From Paludibacter sp. (GTDB lineage: Bacteria; Bacteroidota; Bacteroidia; Bacteroidales; Paludibacteraceae), in contig JAYFQH010000026.1 in the NCBI GenBank assembly GCA_034927265.1, forward strand, positions 2,220-66,219: a stretch of 64,000 bases of DNA. The letters are read 5' to 3'. The notes below the pieces were generated by a model, which saw only the letters and a program-made list of their open reading frames with translations, ran no database searches and was not told where the DNA came from. Shown here in pieces: positions 1 through 9,968 of this stretch; position 1 is the first letter of the stretch; the number at the start of each line of letters is the position of its first letter. A program made the position numbers and the translations under genes.

Positions 1-1956
1 ATCAGACTCAGAGCTGACCAATCAAGTCTTACGATAGAATTCTTTGTGTCGAATTACCTGGCAGGTAAACACAATACTTTTGCGTACAAACTCGACGGAC
101 TGGACAAAGACTGGACAATAAGTACCGATAACCGTCAGGTGACTTATACCAATCTGAGTCCCGGTAAATACACTTTTATGGTAAAAGCTGCTAATAACGA
201 CGGGAAATGGAATGAGGAGGCAACAAGCCTCGAAATCAGGGTGCTGCCACACTGGTGGCAAACCTGGTGGGCGATATTACTATTTTTAATTACAGCAGGA
301 GTGATTGTCCGCTATATTCTTCGTTTTGTGAACCAACGGCGGGCGATGGACGAACAACTCAGGGCTGAAAGAATTGAAAAGGAAAAGATGGAAGAAGTGA
401 ATCAGATGAAAACCCGTTTCTTCATCAATATCTCCCATGAATTCCGTACGCCGCTTACCCTTATTCTTTCCCCTTTACAGGATATCATTGAACGTACAAC
501 GGATAAATGGCAACGGTCGCAATTGGTTCACATACAGAAAAATACCAATAAGTTGTTGCATTTGGTTAATCAACTCATGGATTATCGTCGTGCGGAGCTC
601 GGGTTCTTTGAACTCAGGGTAAAAAAGACTGATGCAAAAAATCAAATCCTCGAGATTTGTAATCTGTTCGACAAGTTAGCCAAACGAAAGAAAATAAACT
701 TTAATATTGAAGATCTTGCAGCCGACAAAGAATTCCTGATCGACAGTAATTATCTGGAACTTATACTTACCAACCTGCTTTCGAATGCCTTTAAATTTAC
801 TCCCGATGAAGGAAGGATAATTGTGAGGATGGAAGAGGATGTGAACTATTTTATCATTGAAGTGGAAGATACCGGTTGTGGAATCTCCGAAGATAAGCAA
901 ACCCTGATTTTCGACCGTTTCTATCAGGTCGACAATGACTATGTGGGTACGGGTATTGGCTTATCTCTTGTAAAAAGGCTGGTCGACCTGCATCACGGAA
1001 GAATTGAGGTGAAGAGTCAACCGGGCGAAGGGAGCACCTTTACGGTTTATATTCCACAGAATGAAGAACAATATGATCATCTGGAAATGGAAACACAACC
1101 AACTGAAGTTTCGGGGCAGACAAAACATAAAAATCTTGATTTTATTTTGGAAGATGCTGTCGTTGATGAAACGCAGACCGAAGAGGGCACAACAAAAACC
1201 GATGCCTTATTGATAGTCGAGGACAATGCGGAAGTTACCGAATATCTTACCGATCGCCTTTCTAAAAATTATCATATCTATACGGCAGCTAATGGGGCAG
1301 AAGCGCTGGAGTTGCTAAAAGACAATGAGGTAGATTTGGTACTGACTGATGTAATTATGCCGGTGATGGATGGTATCAAGCTTTGTCGGGCTATCAAGCA
1401 AAACATAAAAACCTGTCATATTCCGGTAATTATACTTTCTGCGCGGTCGAATACCGAAGATCAGCTGCAAGGACTGGAAGTAGGAGCCGATGATTATCTG
1501 CCCAAACCCTTTACTTATTCTGTGCTGAAAGCAAAAATTCAGAACATGCTCAAATCAAGGCGAAGAAGTCTGGAACACTATTCCAAATCGCTCGAAGTAG
1601 AGCCTGAAAAGATCACTTTCAACGTGATGGATGAGGAATTGTTGAAGAAGGCTATGAAGATTGTCATCGACAACCTCGACAATAGCGAATTTTCTACGGA
1701 TATTTTCTGTTCAGAAATGGGCATGAGCCGTTCCAATCTGCATCTGAAACTAAAAGCCATTACAGGCGAGTCAACCATTGATTTTATTAAGAAAATCAGG
1801 TTCAACGAAGCCTGCAAATTATTGCTCGACGGAAGGTATAATGTAGCTGAAGTAAGTACAATGGTTGGATTCAATACTCCTTCGTATTTTGCTACCAGTT
1901 TTAAGAAATATTTCGGGTGTTTACCTACTGACTACGTAAAAAGCCGAAGATTGTAA
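1..1956 (+). CDS. Hybrid two-component sensor histidine kinase/response regulator (HTCS), 5'-truncated by the window edge
   Basis: Frame 1 is open from base 1. The translation shows the end of a Y_Y_Y-type domain (FAYKLDGLDKDW), a TM segment, a HisKA H-box (ISHEFRTPLT), HATPase motifs (DTGCGI, GTGIGL), a receiver domain (LIVEDN...DVIMPVMDG) and a C-terminal AraC-type HTH. Confidence 0.9.
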   Translation: MRLRADQSSLTIEFFVSNYLAGKHNTFAYKLDGLDKDWTISTDNRQVTYTNLSPGKYTFMVKAANNDGKWNEEATSLEIRVLPHWWQTWWAILLFLITAGVIVRYILRFVNQRRAMDEQLRAERIEKEKMEEVNQMKTRFFINISHEFRTPLTLILSPLQDIIERTTDKWQRSQLVHIQKNTNKLLHLVNQLMDYRRAELGFFELRVKKTDAKNQILEICNLFDKLAKRKKINFNIEDLAADKEFLIDSNYLELILTNLLSNAFKFTPDEGRIIVRMEEDVNYFIIEVEDTGCGISEDKQTLIFDRFYQVDNDYVGTGIGLSLVKRLVDLHHGRIEVKSQPGEGSTFTVYIPQNEEQYDHLEMETQPTEVSGQTKHKNLDFILEDAVVDETQTEEGTTKTDALLIVEDNAEVTEYLTDRLSKNYHIYTAANGAEALELLKDNEVDLVLTDVIMPVMDGIKLCRAIKQNIKTCHIPVIILSARSNTEDQLQGLEVGADDYLPKPFTYSVLKAKIQNMLKSRRRSLEHYSKSLEVEPEKITFNVMDEELLKKAMKIVIDNLDNSEFSTDIFCSEMGMSRSNLHLKLKAITGESTIDFIKKIRFNEACKLLLDGRYNVAEVSTMVGFNTPSYFATSFKKYFGCLPTDYVKSRRL

Positions 1957-2105
1957 CAAAATTGATATTTTTTTCGACAAATTTCAATCATTGTACGCTT
2001 GAAATGAAGTTTTTTTGCAATGTGAAAACTATCCTTTAGTTGTTGATGCTGAAAAGATATACAACGCTACTGGAAAATATCAAATGCAAACAAAAATCAG
2101 ATACA

Positions 2106-3272
2106 ATGACACAGAAATTTTTATTTATTACCATCTTCATTTCTTCCGTTTTGTTCAGTTCATGTAAAAATGATACTGCCTGGGTGGATAAGAGTATTGA
2201 TACTGCTGCTTATCAGTTGAACCAACTCGCGACTGAAGTCGCTGATTCAGCTAAGTTACCCCGTTCTATCAAAAACGGACAAGTCCGGCTTGAGGATTTG
2301 TATGACTGGACAAGTGGTTTCTTCCCGGGAAGTTTATGGTACACCTATGAACTGACAAAAGACGAAAAATTCAAAAATCAGGCAATAAAATATACCAATC
2401 TGCTATACAATCTTAAGGACTTTGCAGGAACCCACGATCTGGGTTTTATGGTATATTGCAGTTATGGTAACGGTTTCAGGTTGACTGGTGATACTTCGTA
2501 TGTACACGTAATGGTACAGACAGCTGATAATCTTATTTCAAGATTTGACAGCACCACTCAGACCATTCGTTCATGGGACTTCGGCGACTGGCAATACCCG
2601 GTGATCATTGATAATATGATGAATCTTGAATTGCTTTTCTGGGCAAGTGATTATACTAAAAATCCAATATACAGGGAAATTGCGCTAAGGCATGCTGATA
2701 CAACCATGAAGAATCATTACCGTGCTGACTATTCTTCTTATCACGTAATCGATTATGATACCATTACCGGCGAAGTTAGGTCAAAAGGAACTTTTCAGGG
2801 ATATGCCGACGAAAGTGCCTGGGCACGCGGTCAGGCCTGGGGATTGTATGGCTATGTTGTCTGCTACCGTTATACCAAAGATCAGAAATATCTCGATTTT
2901 GCAGAGAATATTGCTGATTATATTATGAAAAATGTAAAAACAGAGGACAAAATTCCTTACTGGGATTACAATGCTCCTGATATACCCAATGCACCACGGG
3001 ATGCTTCGGCTGCTGCAATAACCGCTTCTGCGCTGCTGGAATTGAAAGATATGGTGAAGGACGGTTCAAAGTATTACGCTTATGCCGAAACCATCCTGAA
3101 AAATCTGTCGGGCGAACAGTATCTGGCGAAAAAAGGAGAAAACAAAGGTTTTATCCTGATGCACTCAGTTGGACATTTGCCCGCAAATTCCGAAATCGAT
3201 ACACCGCTCAATTATGCAGATTATTATTACCTTGAAGCGTTGAAACGTATTAAAACGGTGAATAAAAAATAA
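2106..3272 (+). CDS. Glycoside hydrolase family 88 (unsaturated glucuronyl hydrolase-like) lipoprotein
   Basis: The six-frame ORF starts at a TTG at 2040. The ATG at 2106 gives a lipoprotein signal (MTQKFLFITIFISSVLFSSC). GH88-type motifs are present: DNMMNLELL, GQAWGLYG, IPYWDYNAPDIP, RDASAAAI. Confidence 0.85.
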   Translation: MTQKFLFITIFISSVLFSSCKNDTAWVDKSIDTAAYQLNQLATEVADSAKLPRSIKNGQVRLEDLYDWTSGFFPGSLWYTYELTKDEKFKNQAIKYTNLLYNLKDFAGTHDLGFMVYCSYGNGFRLTGDTSYVHVMVQTADNLISRFDSTTQTIRSWDFGDWQYPVIIDNMMNLELLFWASDYTKNPIYREIALRHADTTMKNHYRADYSSYHVIDYDTITGEVRSKGTFQGYADESAWARGQAWGLYGYVVCYRYTKDQKYLDFAENIADYIMKNVKTEDKIPYWDYNAPDIPNAPRDASAAAITASALLELKDMVKDGSKYYAYAETILKNLSGEQYLAKKGENKGFILMHSVGHLPANSEIDTPLNYADYYYLEALKRIKTVNKK

Positions 3273-3281
3273 TGAATTACC

Positions 3282-3307
3282 TAGAGACGTTGCATGCAAC
3301 GTCTCTA
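3282..3307. terminator. Perfect 13+13 bp palindrome (tagagacgttgca/tgcaacgtctcta) just after the GH88 stop
   Basis: Read directly from the sequence. It lies 10 nt after the stop at 3272 and has no following T-run, so it could be a terminator, an attenuator or an RNA processing hairpin. Confidence 0.45.
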
Positions 3308-3364
3308 CAATAATGAAAATTTCTGTCCCTTTTGTGGTTAATGTTTTCTTTAAATCGATAAAAA

Positions 3365-5350
3365 ATGAAACAAAAAATATTTCTTCTGATACTTGCTTTT
3401 TCCTCGCTAGCATCAATAAATGCGCAGTCATTCCGAAAAGAAGTCTTTGAATTGCTTGATTTGAAAAAGCCGGGACTTGAAAAAGTAAATGAACTGGTTC
3501 AGGCGGGAAAACAGCAGGAAGCTGCTACGGCATTGCTCGATTATTATCGTAACCGCAGCAATGTGAAACATCCGAGTGTAAATCTGAAAAATGTAAAGAT
3601 AAGTGCTGAAGAGCAGAAATGGGCTGATGATGGGTTGAAACATGTGTTCTTTGTACACAAGGGCTATCAGCCTTCTTACTTCTACGGCGATGATATTAAC
3701 TGGGAATACTGGCCGGTACAGGACAATGAATTGCGCTGGCAGCTGCATCGTCATAAGTGGTGGACACCCATGGGGAAAGCCTATCGCATTAGTGGCGACG
3801 AAAAATATGCCCGCGAATGGACTTTGCAGTACATCGACTGGATCAAAAAGAATCCATTACTGAACCCAACAAAAGAAGAACGCGCTGCCATGAGCAGTGC
3901 TGACCTTAAGAAACTGGAGAATGTACGTTATGCATGGCGTCCGCTGGAAGTGAGCAACCGCTTGCAGGATCAAACAGACCAATTCATGTATTTTGTATCC
4001 AGCAAATACTTCACTCCTGAATTTCTTTCTGAATTTTTGGTAAATTATTACCTTCACGCGCAGCATATTTTGGGCAACTACTCCGATCAGGGAAATCACC
4101 TTCTTTTCGAGGCACAACGCATGATTTATGCCGGCGCATTCTTCCCTGAATTTAAAGCTGCTGAAGGATGGAGAAAAAGCGGTATCAATATTCTCAATCA
4201 GGAGATAAAAACTCAGGTGTACGACGATGGTTTCCAGTACGAACTGGATCCTCATTATCATTTGGCATCCATTAATATCTTTATTCAGGGCATTGAAATC
4301 GCTGATGTCAATGGTTTTAGAAATGATTTTCCTGTTTCGTATCTCTCAACAGTAGAGAAGATGGTGATGGCAGTAATCAATTATTCATTTCCCAATTATC
4401 AGAATCCTTGTTTTAGTGACGCAAAACTTGATTCGAAAGATGAAATGGTAAAGAACTTTAAACGCTGGTCGAAAATCTTCCCCGAAAACAAACAGATATT
4501 GTACATGGCTACTGAAGGTAAGAAAGGTGAACTTCCGTCTTATCTCTCCAATCGTCTGGCGACATCAGGATTTTACATTTTCCGTAATGGATGGAAAGAG
4601 AATGCTACTGTGATGGTATTGAAAGCCGGCCCTCCAGCCTTTTGGCATAATCAACCAGATAACGGTACTTTTGAACTGTACATCAACGGAAGAAATTTCT
4701 TCCCCGATGCCGGAAGTTATGTCTATGCCGGAAGTGAAGAAGTAAACAAGGAACGCAATTGGTTCCGTCAAACCATGGTGCATAAGACACTTACACTCGA
4801 TAATGCCAATCTTGAAAATACCGATTCAAAATGCCTGCTTTGGGAAACCGGAGCAAAAGTGGAAAAATTAGTGGTGGAGAATCAGAGTTATTCGAATCTG
4901 AAACATCGAAGGACTGTTTTCTTTGTCGATAAATCATTCTTTGTTATTGTGGATGAAGCAGCAGGTGATGCTACCGGCAATGTGGCCGTACATTATCAGT
5001 TAAGTGAAGGAAAAGTGACCACCGACAATTCAAAACTCAGTGTGCAAACATTGTATGATGATAATAATAATGTTGTGGTAAAAGGTTTCGGAGCAAAAGG
5101 TACCAGTCTTATCGAAGAGGAAGGATGGGTATCATATGCCTATCGTCAGAAAAGCAAACGTCCTGCCTTTGCCTATGAACTGGAAAAGAACAACTCCGAA
5201 CCGGCACGTTTTATCACGGTAATTTATCCTGTTGGCATGGATACGCCTAAGATTGATGCACAGTTTGCCGTAAAAGACATGGAAGAGAAAGCAGTGAAAG
5301 TAAATCTTAAAATTAACCGTAAGAAATATGCGTTACAAGCACAATGGTAG
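3365..5350 (+). CDS. Heparinase II/III family protein (PL12-like heparan-sulfate lyase candidate)
   Basis: 661 aa with a signal peptide. The size and N-terminal helical region (LLDYYRNR, WPVQDNELRWQLHRHKWW) followed by a beta-rich C-terminus are typical of heparinase III-like lyases. It sits between GH88 and a sulfatase. Confidence 0.75.
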   Translation: MKQKIFLLILAFSSLASINAQSFRKEVFELLDLKKPGLEKVNELVQAGKQQEAATALLDYYRNRSNVKHPSVNLKNVKISAEEQKWADDGLKHVFFVHKGYQPSYFYGDDINWEYWPVQDNELRWQLHRHKWWTPMGKAYRISGDEKYAREWTLQYIDWIKKNPLLNPTKEERAAMSSADLKKLENVRYAWRPLEVSNRLQDQTDQFMYFVSSKYFTPEFLSEFLVNYYLHAQHILGNYSDQGNHLLFEAQRMIYAGAFFPEFKAAEGWRKSGINILNQEIKTQVYDDGFQYELDPHYHLASINIFIQGIEIADVNGFRNDFPVSYLSTVEKMVMAVINYSFPNYQNPCFSDAKLDSKDEMVKNFKRWSKIFPENKQILYMATEGKKGELPSYLSNRLATSGFYIFRNGWKENATVMVLKAGPPAFWHNQPDNGTFELYINGRNFFPDAGSYVYAGSEEVNKERNWFRQTMVHKTLTLDNANLENTDSKCLLWETGAKVEKLVVENQSYSNLKHRRTVFFVDKSFFVIVDEAAGDATGNVAVHYQLSEGKVTTDNSKLSVQTLYDDNNNVVVKGFGAKGTSLIEEEGWVSYAYRQKSKRPAFAYELEKNNSEPARFITVIYPVGMDTPKIDAQFAVKDMEEKAVKVNLKINRKKYALQAQW

Positions 5351-6689
5351 AAAACTGACTACAGCTGCGCTGCTTGCTGCGGCAGTAACCGGTTTGAAAG
5401 CTGAAGGTCGTCCCAATATCATACTGATTATGACTGATCAGCAGACGGCAGATGCTATGAGTAACCGTGGCAACGGGAATGTGAAAACTCCCGCAATGGA
5501 TATGCTGGCTGCAGATGGCATCAGTTTTACAAATGCCTATTGTTCCTACCCGCTCAGTGGACCGTCGAGAGCTAGTCTATTTACCGGAAAGATGCCTGTA
5601 GAACTCAATGTCCCTGACAACGAAATAGGATTACCTGCCGCTGAAATACCTCAGACACTGGGATTCAAACTGGCAGAAGCGGGTTATGAATGCCTCTATG
5701 CTGGCAAATGGCATGTTCCTACTGTCGAAATTCCCGATGGTGAGTTTGGTTTCCGCAAGATCAGCGGAATGAATGATATGACGCTGGTGAACAGTATCAA
5801 AGATGAATTATCAGCAAAACGGGATAAACCCTTGTTTCTGGTGACATCGTTTCTGAATCCGCATGAGATTTGCGAATATGCCCGTTCACAAAACTTACAT
5901 TACGGGGAGGTGGACATTCCGTCCAATGCGAAATTACCATCTTTGCCCGCAAATTTTAATGCGGTGAAACAATTGCCAGAGGGGTTGATGATCCACAAGA
6001 CTATGTCCCCAAAGCTTTATCCGACGAGTAATTATTCTACGCTCGACTGGCGTAATTATTTGTACACCTACTATCGTCTGGTAGAACGGGTTGATCAGAA
6101 GCTTGGAGATCTCATCACTGAACTTAAGAATAATAATCTATATGATAACTCGCTGATTGTTTTTCTTAGTGATCATGGTGATGGGGTAGCAGCACACCAC
6201 TGGAACCAGAAACGTGCGTTGTTTGAGGAAACCATCAGGATACCGCTGATTGTAAAACCTCCGGTAAATGAGAGAAATAAGTTTGCAGGAAATACCAGTC
6301 AGGCATTGATCAATATAGGCATTGATATTTATCCAACCCTGTGTGAATACGCCGGCACAGCTATTCCTGCCGACAGAAACGGTCGCAGCTTGAAGGCCCT
6401 GATGGAAGGTACGACTGATATGCATCACAAAAATATCTTTATTGAAACCCTGCTCGACGGAATCAATCTCCGCGGATGGTGTGTTATCGAAGGAAATTAT
6501 AAATATGTGTACTACCGCATGTTTGCCGGTAAAGAGCAGCTGTTCGACCTGAAAGCCGATAAAGGAGAGAAGAATAATCTGGTAAAAAAAGCGGCCTATG
6601 CTGAAATACGGAAAAATATGCGTCGCACCATGCTGGAGTATGCTTTGAAGACCAAAGATGTAATGCTACAGAAAGAAATGCAGCATTGA
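5328..6689 (+). CDS. Sulfatase (S1 family, Ser-type formylglycine motif)
   Basis: NIILIMTDQQ metal-binding start and the sulfatase signature S-G-P-S-R-A-S-L-F-T-G-K (nt 5556-5570 for SGPSR). The start overlaps the upstream stop by 23 nt, consistent with operon coupling. Confidence 0.9.
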   Translation: MRYKHNGRKLTTAALLAAAVTGLKAEGRPNIILIMTDQQTADAMSNRGNGNVKTPAMDMLAADGISFTNAYCSYPLSGPSRASLFTGKMPVELNVPDNEIGLPAAEIPQTLGFKLAEAGYECLYAGKWHVPTVEIPDGEFGFRKISGMNDMTLVNSIKDELSAKRDKPLFLVTSFLNPHEICEYARSQNLHYGEVDIPSNAKLPSLPANFNAVKQLPEGLMIHKTMSPKLYPTSNYSTLDWRNYLYTYYRLVERVDQKLGDLITELKNNNLYDNSLIVFLSDHGDGVAAHHWNQKRALFEETIRIPLIVKPPVNERNKFAGNTSQALINIGIDIYPTLCEYAGTAIPADRNGRSLKALMEGTTDMHHKNIFIETLLDGINLRGWCVIEGNYKYVYYRMFAGKEQLFDLKADKGEKNNLVKKAAYAEIRKNMRRTMLEYALKTKDVMLQKEMQH

Positions 6690-6726
6690 TGAAGGATTAA
6701 CTAAACAGACTAAATCTAATATTCAC

Positions 6727-9700
6727 ATGAGACGATATATTGCCTTGATTTTTATTCTTCTCTTTTTTACAGGCTTTTCTGTCTTCGCCGGTACCATCTA
6801 TTCTTTCGAGGATGGGTTTGTTCCATCGGTATTCAAGGCGAAACGCGGCACTTTGTCTGTTAGCTCCGAAAAAGCTAAATTGGGGAGCTGTTCGTTGCAA
6901 TGGAACTGGGTTGCCAATGATACTTTGGTGGCTGCACCTGTCTCGATGAATACTGCCAGCGTACAAACGAACGGAGGCATTACCACCTGGATTTATAATG
7001 AAAATCCTTCAACGCAAAAACTCATTCTCTGGTTTTATGAATACGAAACTTCCACCACACGTCGGTGCAGTCTGCAGGTCAACCTAAATTTTAAGGGTTG
7101 GCGCTGTATCTGGGCACGTTTCCGTGCTGATATGGGTCATACCGGATATACGCTGCGAAGCATGAAATGGGAGAGTCCCAAATCAGGTTCTGGAAAGATA
7201 CTGATCGATTATCTTGAGTTTGTAAATGAAGTGTCGTGGGAACGTATCTCCGACATGCAGTACTCGGTGAATAACGTTTCTACAGAACTGGAGGATTTTG
7301 TGGCGATTCGCAATACAACTCCGGTTACTCCTCCTGCTTCGGTTACAGAAACGCAGTGTAATGCTGTTCAGACAATCAAACAAAGGATGGACGAATGGCA
7401 TCTGGGTTCGGGGAAATACGACAGTAATACATTAATGATTTACAGAAAGAATGCCATCAACAGTTATGTACAATCGGCACTTAACAAAACCGGTGATATC
7501 GTTCTGACGACACTGGCTGATGGCACAGTAAAAGGAGAGGGTTTGTTCCCAATGGATTATTATGGATTAACTATTGATGGTATTGCAACAAAGGCTTTCC
7601 GTGAAATCAACGAGAAATTTCTGATACAACTGGCCTATGATGCTCGTAAAAACAATAAGACAAATTCCCGCGATCTGATACTGAAAATATTTGATTGGTA
7701 TTACGATCAGGGTTGGGCCGACGGCAGTGCGTTGGGCCGCTTGCGTTTTGAGATGTTACGCAGTGCCGGATTCTTCCATTCAGCCTATCTCATGCGTGAT
7801 GCTATGTCTGCTGCTCAATTCACAAGGGTAATGGACGCGATGAACTGGTACACCATGTTTGGAAAGGTATATCAAACCCCTGAGGAAAAAGGTGCTTCGG
7901 CCGATCAGATCAGAACGTTATTGCTACCGAAGCTGTTCTATGCCGTATCCATAAAAGATGAATTGCAACGGGCAGCTGCTATGGAAAGTCTTGTGCGTTA
8001 TGCGAATAATGCACTGACACCTGCTCCGGGTTTTCTCGATTGTATTAAACCTGATTATTCGGGCTATCATCATCGCGGACCGTATTTCAATGCCTATTAC
8101 CCTGATGCTCTTTACGCAGGTTCTTTGCTGTGTTACTTCCTTTCGGGGACACCTTATGCTTTGAGTGAGGAGACATTTACACATTTGAAGAATGCTTTGC
8201 TGACCTTCGGTTTTTTATGTGCGGGTTATGATACTCCGGGAGCTATTACCGGACGTTTTCCGGCACAAACGGAAATACTGGAACAGATGTTACCGGCTTT
8301 TGCCTATGTGGCTTTGTCGCGCCCGACACCTGACCCCGAACTGACAGCTTTCTTTAAAAACAGATGGAAGCCAACTGTGGAGCCTCTGAAATCGTTGATA
8401 TCGAGAGCACGTACGGATATTGGTTTTAAAAATACCCCGGGAGAAGTGGAGAAAATGATTGAACTGGCAGAAACCACCATATCGGCGGCTCCTAATCCGG
8501 TTGGCACCAAATTTATGCCTTATTCGGGATTACTGGTTTCCCGTCAACCTGACTGGGTGCTTACTGCAAAAGGCTACAGTAAGTACATCTGGGATTTTGA
8601 AAGTTCAAGTACCGAAAATCTCTATGGCCGTTACCTGAGTTCTGGACATGTAGAGTTGACTAAACTAAGTCAGAATCTTAAAAGCTATCGACCATCGAAT
8701 GCCGATTGGGACTGGAGTCATGTCCCCGGAACGACAGCCAAATACCTGACAAAAACAGAACTGAATTATCAAAACAATCCTGCTTTGCACCGCAATTTCT
8801 CTGATGAACCTTTTCTGGGAGGAGTTGCTTTCAGTAAGAATGTGTCGGTTTTTGCCAACCTCTTGCACGATAATACTTTTGATAAAAGCTTCTATGCCCG
8901 TAAATCCGTTTTCCAGTTCGATAGCATTTATACTTGTCTGGGTAGTGGTATTAAAAATGCTGATCAGAATTATTTTGTACATACAACTTTGTTTCAGAAT
9001 CAGAAAATCAACAGTGCCGATGTGATAAATGTTAATGGCAATACGGTGAATACTACCATAAATTCACTCATTAATCCGGTTTTGAAAGATAACTACGGCA
9101 ATGCTTATATTGTAAAGGATGGAACGGTGAATCTTGATTTTACAAACTCATTCATTACAGGATACATCAATCACGGTAAGGTGTTGACAGCAGGCAAATA
9201 TGCTTATCAGATGGTTACTGGAGTTTCGGACAATGATCTGAATACGATTAGCTCAACAACAAACGCACCGGTGGAAATAGTACGAAATGATGACGCGGCA
9301 CAGATCGTTTACCATTCATCGACGAAAACTATGGCTGCTGTGGTATATGATGCATCGGCCATGATTAATAACGGAAAACTCAATCGGGTGAATATTCCTT
9401 CCATTATTGTGATGCAGGAAAGAGGTGATACGCTCGAAGTTGCTTTTACTGACCCGGACATGCATCGTCCCAGCGCGACAAATATATCGACACTCAGTTC
9501 CTCGGTTATCAGTGCCGATGGTGAATTGTCGACCCTGCAAATTGAACTGAATGGTGCTTATGAATTGATTTCAGCAGAAAACGGAAGTTCTATTACCACC
9601 AACGGAAACGGAACCACCACTATTCAATGTTCAAAAATGAAGGATGGTCAGACTTTCCGGGTGCTTCTTTATATGCCTTCTACTGCTACTCAAAAACCTC

Positions 9701-9954
9701 TGACAAGTGAAAGGTCAGCTTTCAGGATATTCAATCATGGAATCAACAGTTATCGCATCGAAACGCTTGAAGATACTTTGTTTAATTACAAAATTTTCAG
9801 TCTGGCGGGAAACCTGATGAAAGAGCAGAAAAATCTTCTGGCATCGGTGGACCTCAATCTGACACCTTATCCTGAAGGGGTTTATTTCTTGCAATTAAGA
9901 TCGGAAAAGGAAGAAAAATGTGTGAAACTGTTCAGACAATGCGCATCTTTTTAA
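6727..9954 (+). CDS. Polysaccharide lyase family 8-like (chondroitin ABC lyase-like) protein with a T9SS C-terminal sorting domain
   Basis: 1075 aa with a signal peptide. Its size and architecture resemble chondroitinase ABC, and GYHHRGPYFNAYYPD resembles the His/Tyr catalytic region. The last ~80 aa (YKIFSLAGNLM...GVYFLQLRSEKEEKCVKLF) form a type A Por/T9SS CTD. Confidence 0.6.
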   Translation: MRRYIALIFILLFFTGFSVFAGTIYSFEDGFVPSVFKAKRGTLSVSSEKAKLGSCSLQWNWVANDTLVAAPVSMNTASVQTNGGITTWIYNENPSTQKLILWFYEYETSTTRRCSLQVNLNFKGWRCIWARFRADMGHTGYTLRSMKWESPKSGSGKILIDYLEFVNEVSWERISDMQYSVNNVSTELEDFVAIRNTTPVTPPASVTETQCNAVQTIKQRMDEWHLGSGKYDSNTLMIYRKNAINSYVQSALNKTGDIVLTTLADGTVKGEGLFPMDYYGLTIDGIATKAFREINEKFLIQLAYDARKNNKTNSRDLILKIFDWYYDQGWADGSALGRLRFEMLRSAGFFHSAYLMRDAMSAAQFTRVMDAMNWYTMFGKVYQTPEEKGASADQIRTLLLPKLFYAVSIKDELQRAAAMESLVRYANNALTPAPGFLDCIKPDYSGYHHRGPYFNAYYPDALYAGSLLCYFLSGTPYALSEETFTHLKNALLTFGFLCAGYDTPGAITGRFPAQTEILEQMLPAFAYVALSRPTPDPELTAFFKNRWKPTVEPLKSLISRARTDIGFKNTPGEVEKMIELAETTISAAPNPVGTKFMPYSGLLVSRQPDWVLTAKGYSKYIWDFESSSTENLYGRYLSSGHVELTKLSQNLKSYRPSNADWDWSHVPGTTAKYLTKTELNYQNNPALHRNFSDEPFLGGVAFSKNVSVFANLLHDNTFDKSFYARKSVFQFDSIYTCLGSGIKNADQNYFVHTTLFQNQKINSADVINVNGNTVNTTINSLINPVLKDNYGNAYIVKDGTVNLDFTNSFITGYINHGKVLTAGKYAYQMVTGVSDNDLNTISSTTNAPVEIVRNDDAAQIVYHSSTKTMAAVVYDASAMINNGKLNRVNIPSIIVMQERGDTLEVAFTDPDMHRPSATNISTLSSSVISADGELSTLQIELNGAYELISAENGSSITTNGNGTTTIQCSKMKDGQTFRVLLYMPSTATQKPLTSERSAFRIFNHGINSYRIETLEDTLFNYKIFSLAGNLMKEQKNLLASVDLNLTPYPEGVYFLQLRSEKEEKCVKLFRQCASF

Positions 9955-9968
9955 ATTAGAATGTAAAA

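Noticed and set aside
2040-2105. N-terminal extensions given by the six-frame track, here and at 24126, 30603, 45867, 56305, 57421, 57390, 58287, 59094, 61075 and 16043
   Set aside because: In each case an internal ATG yields a canonical signal peptide or a conserved protein N-terminus. The extension runs through AT-rich promoter or repeat sequence, and several of the track starts are TTG codons.
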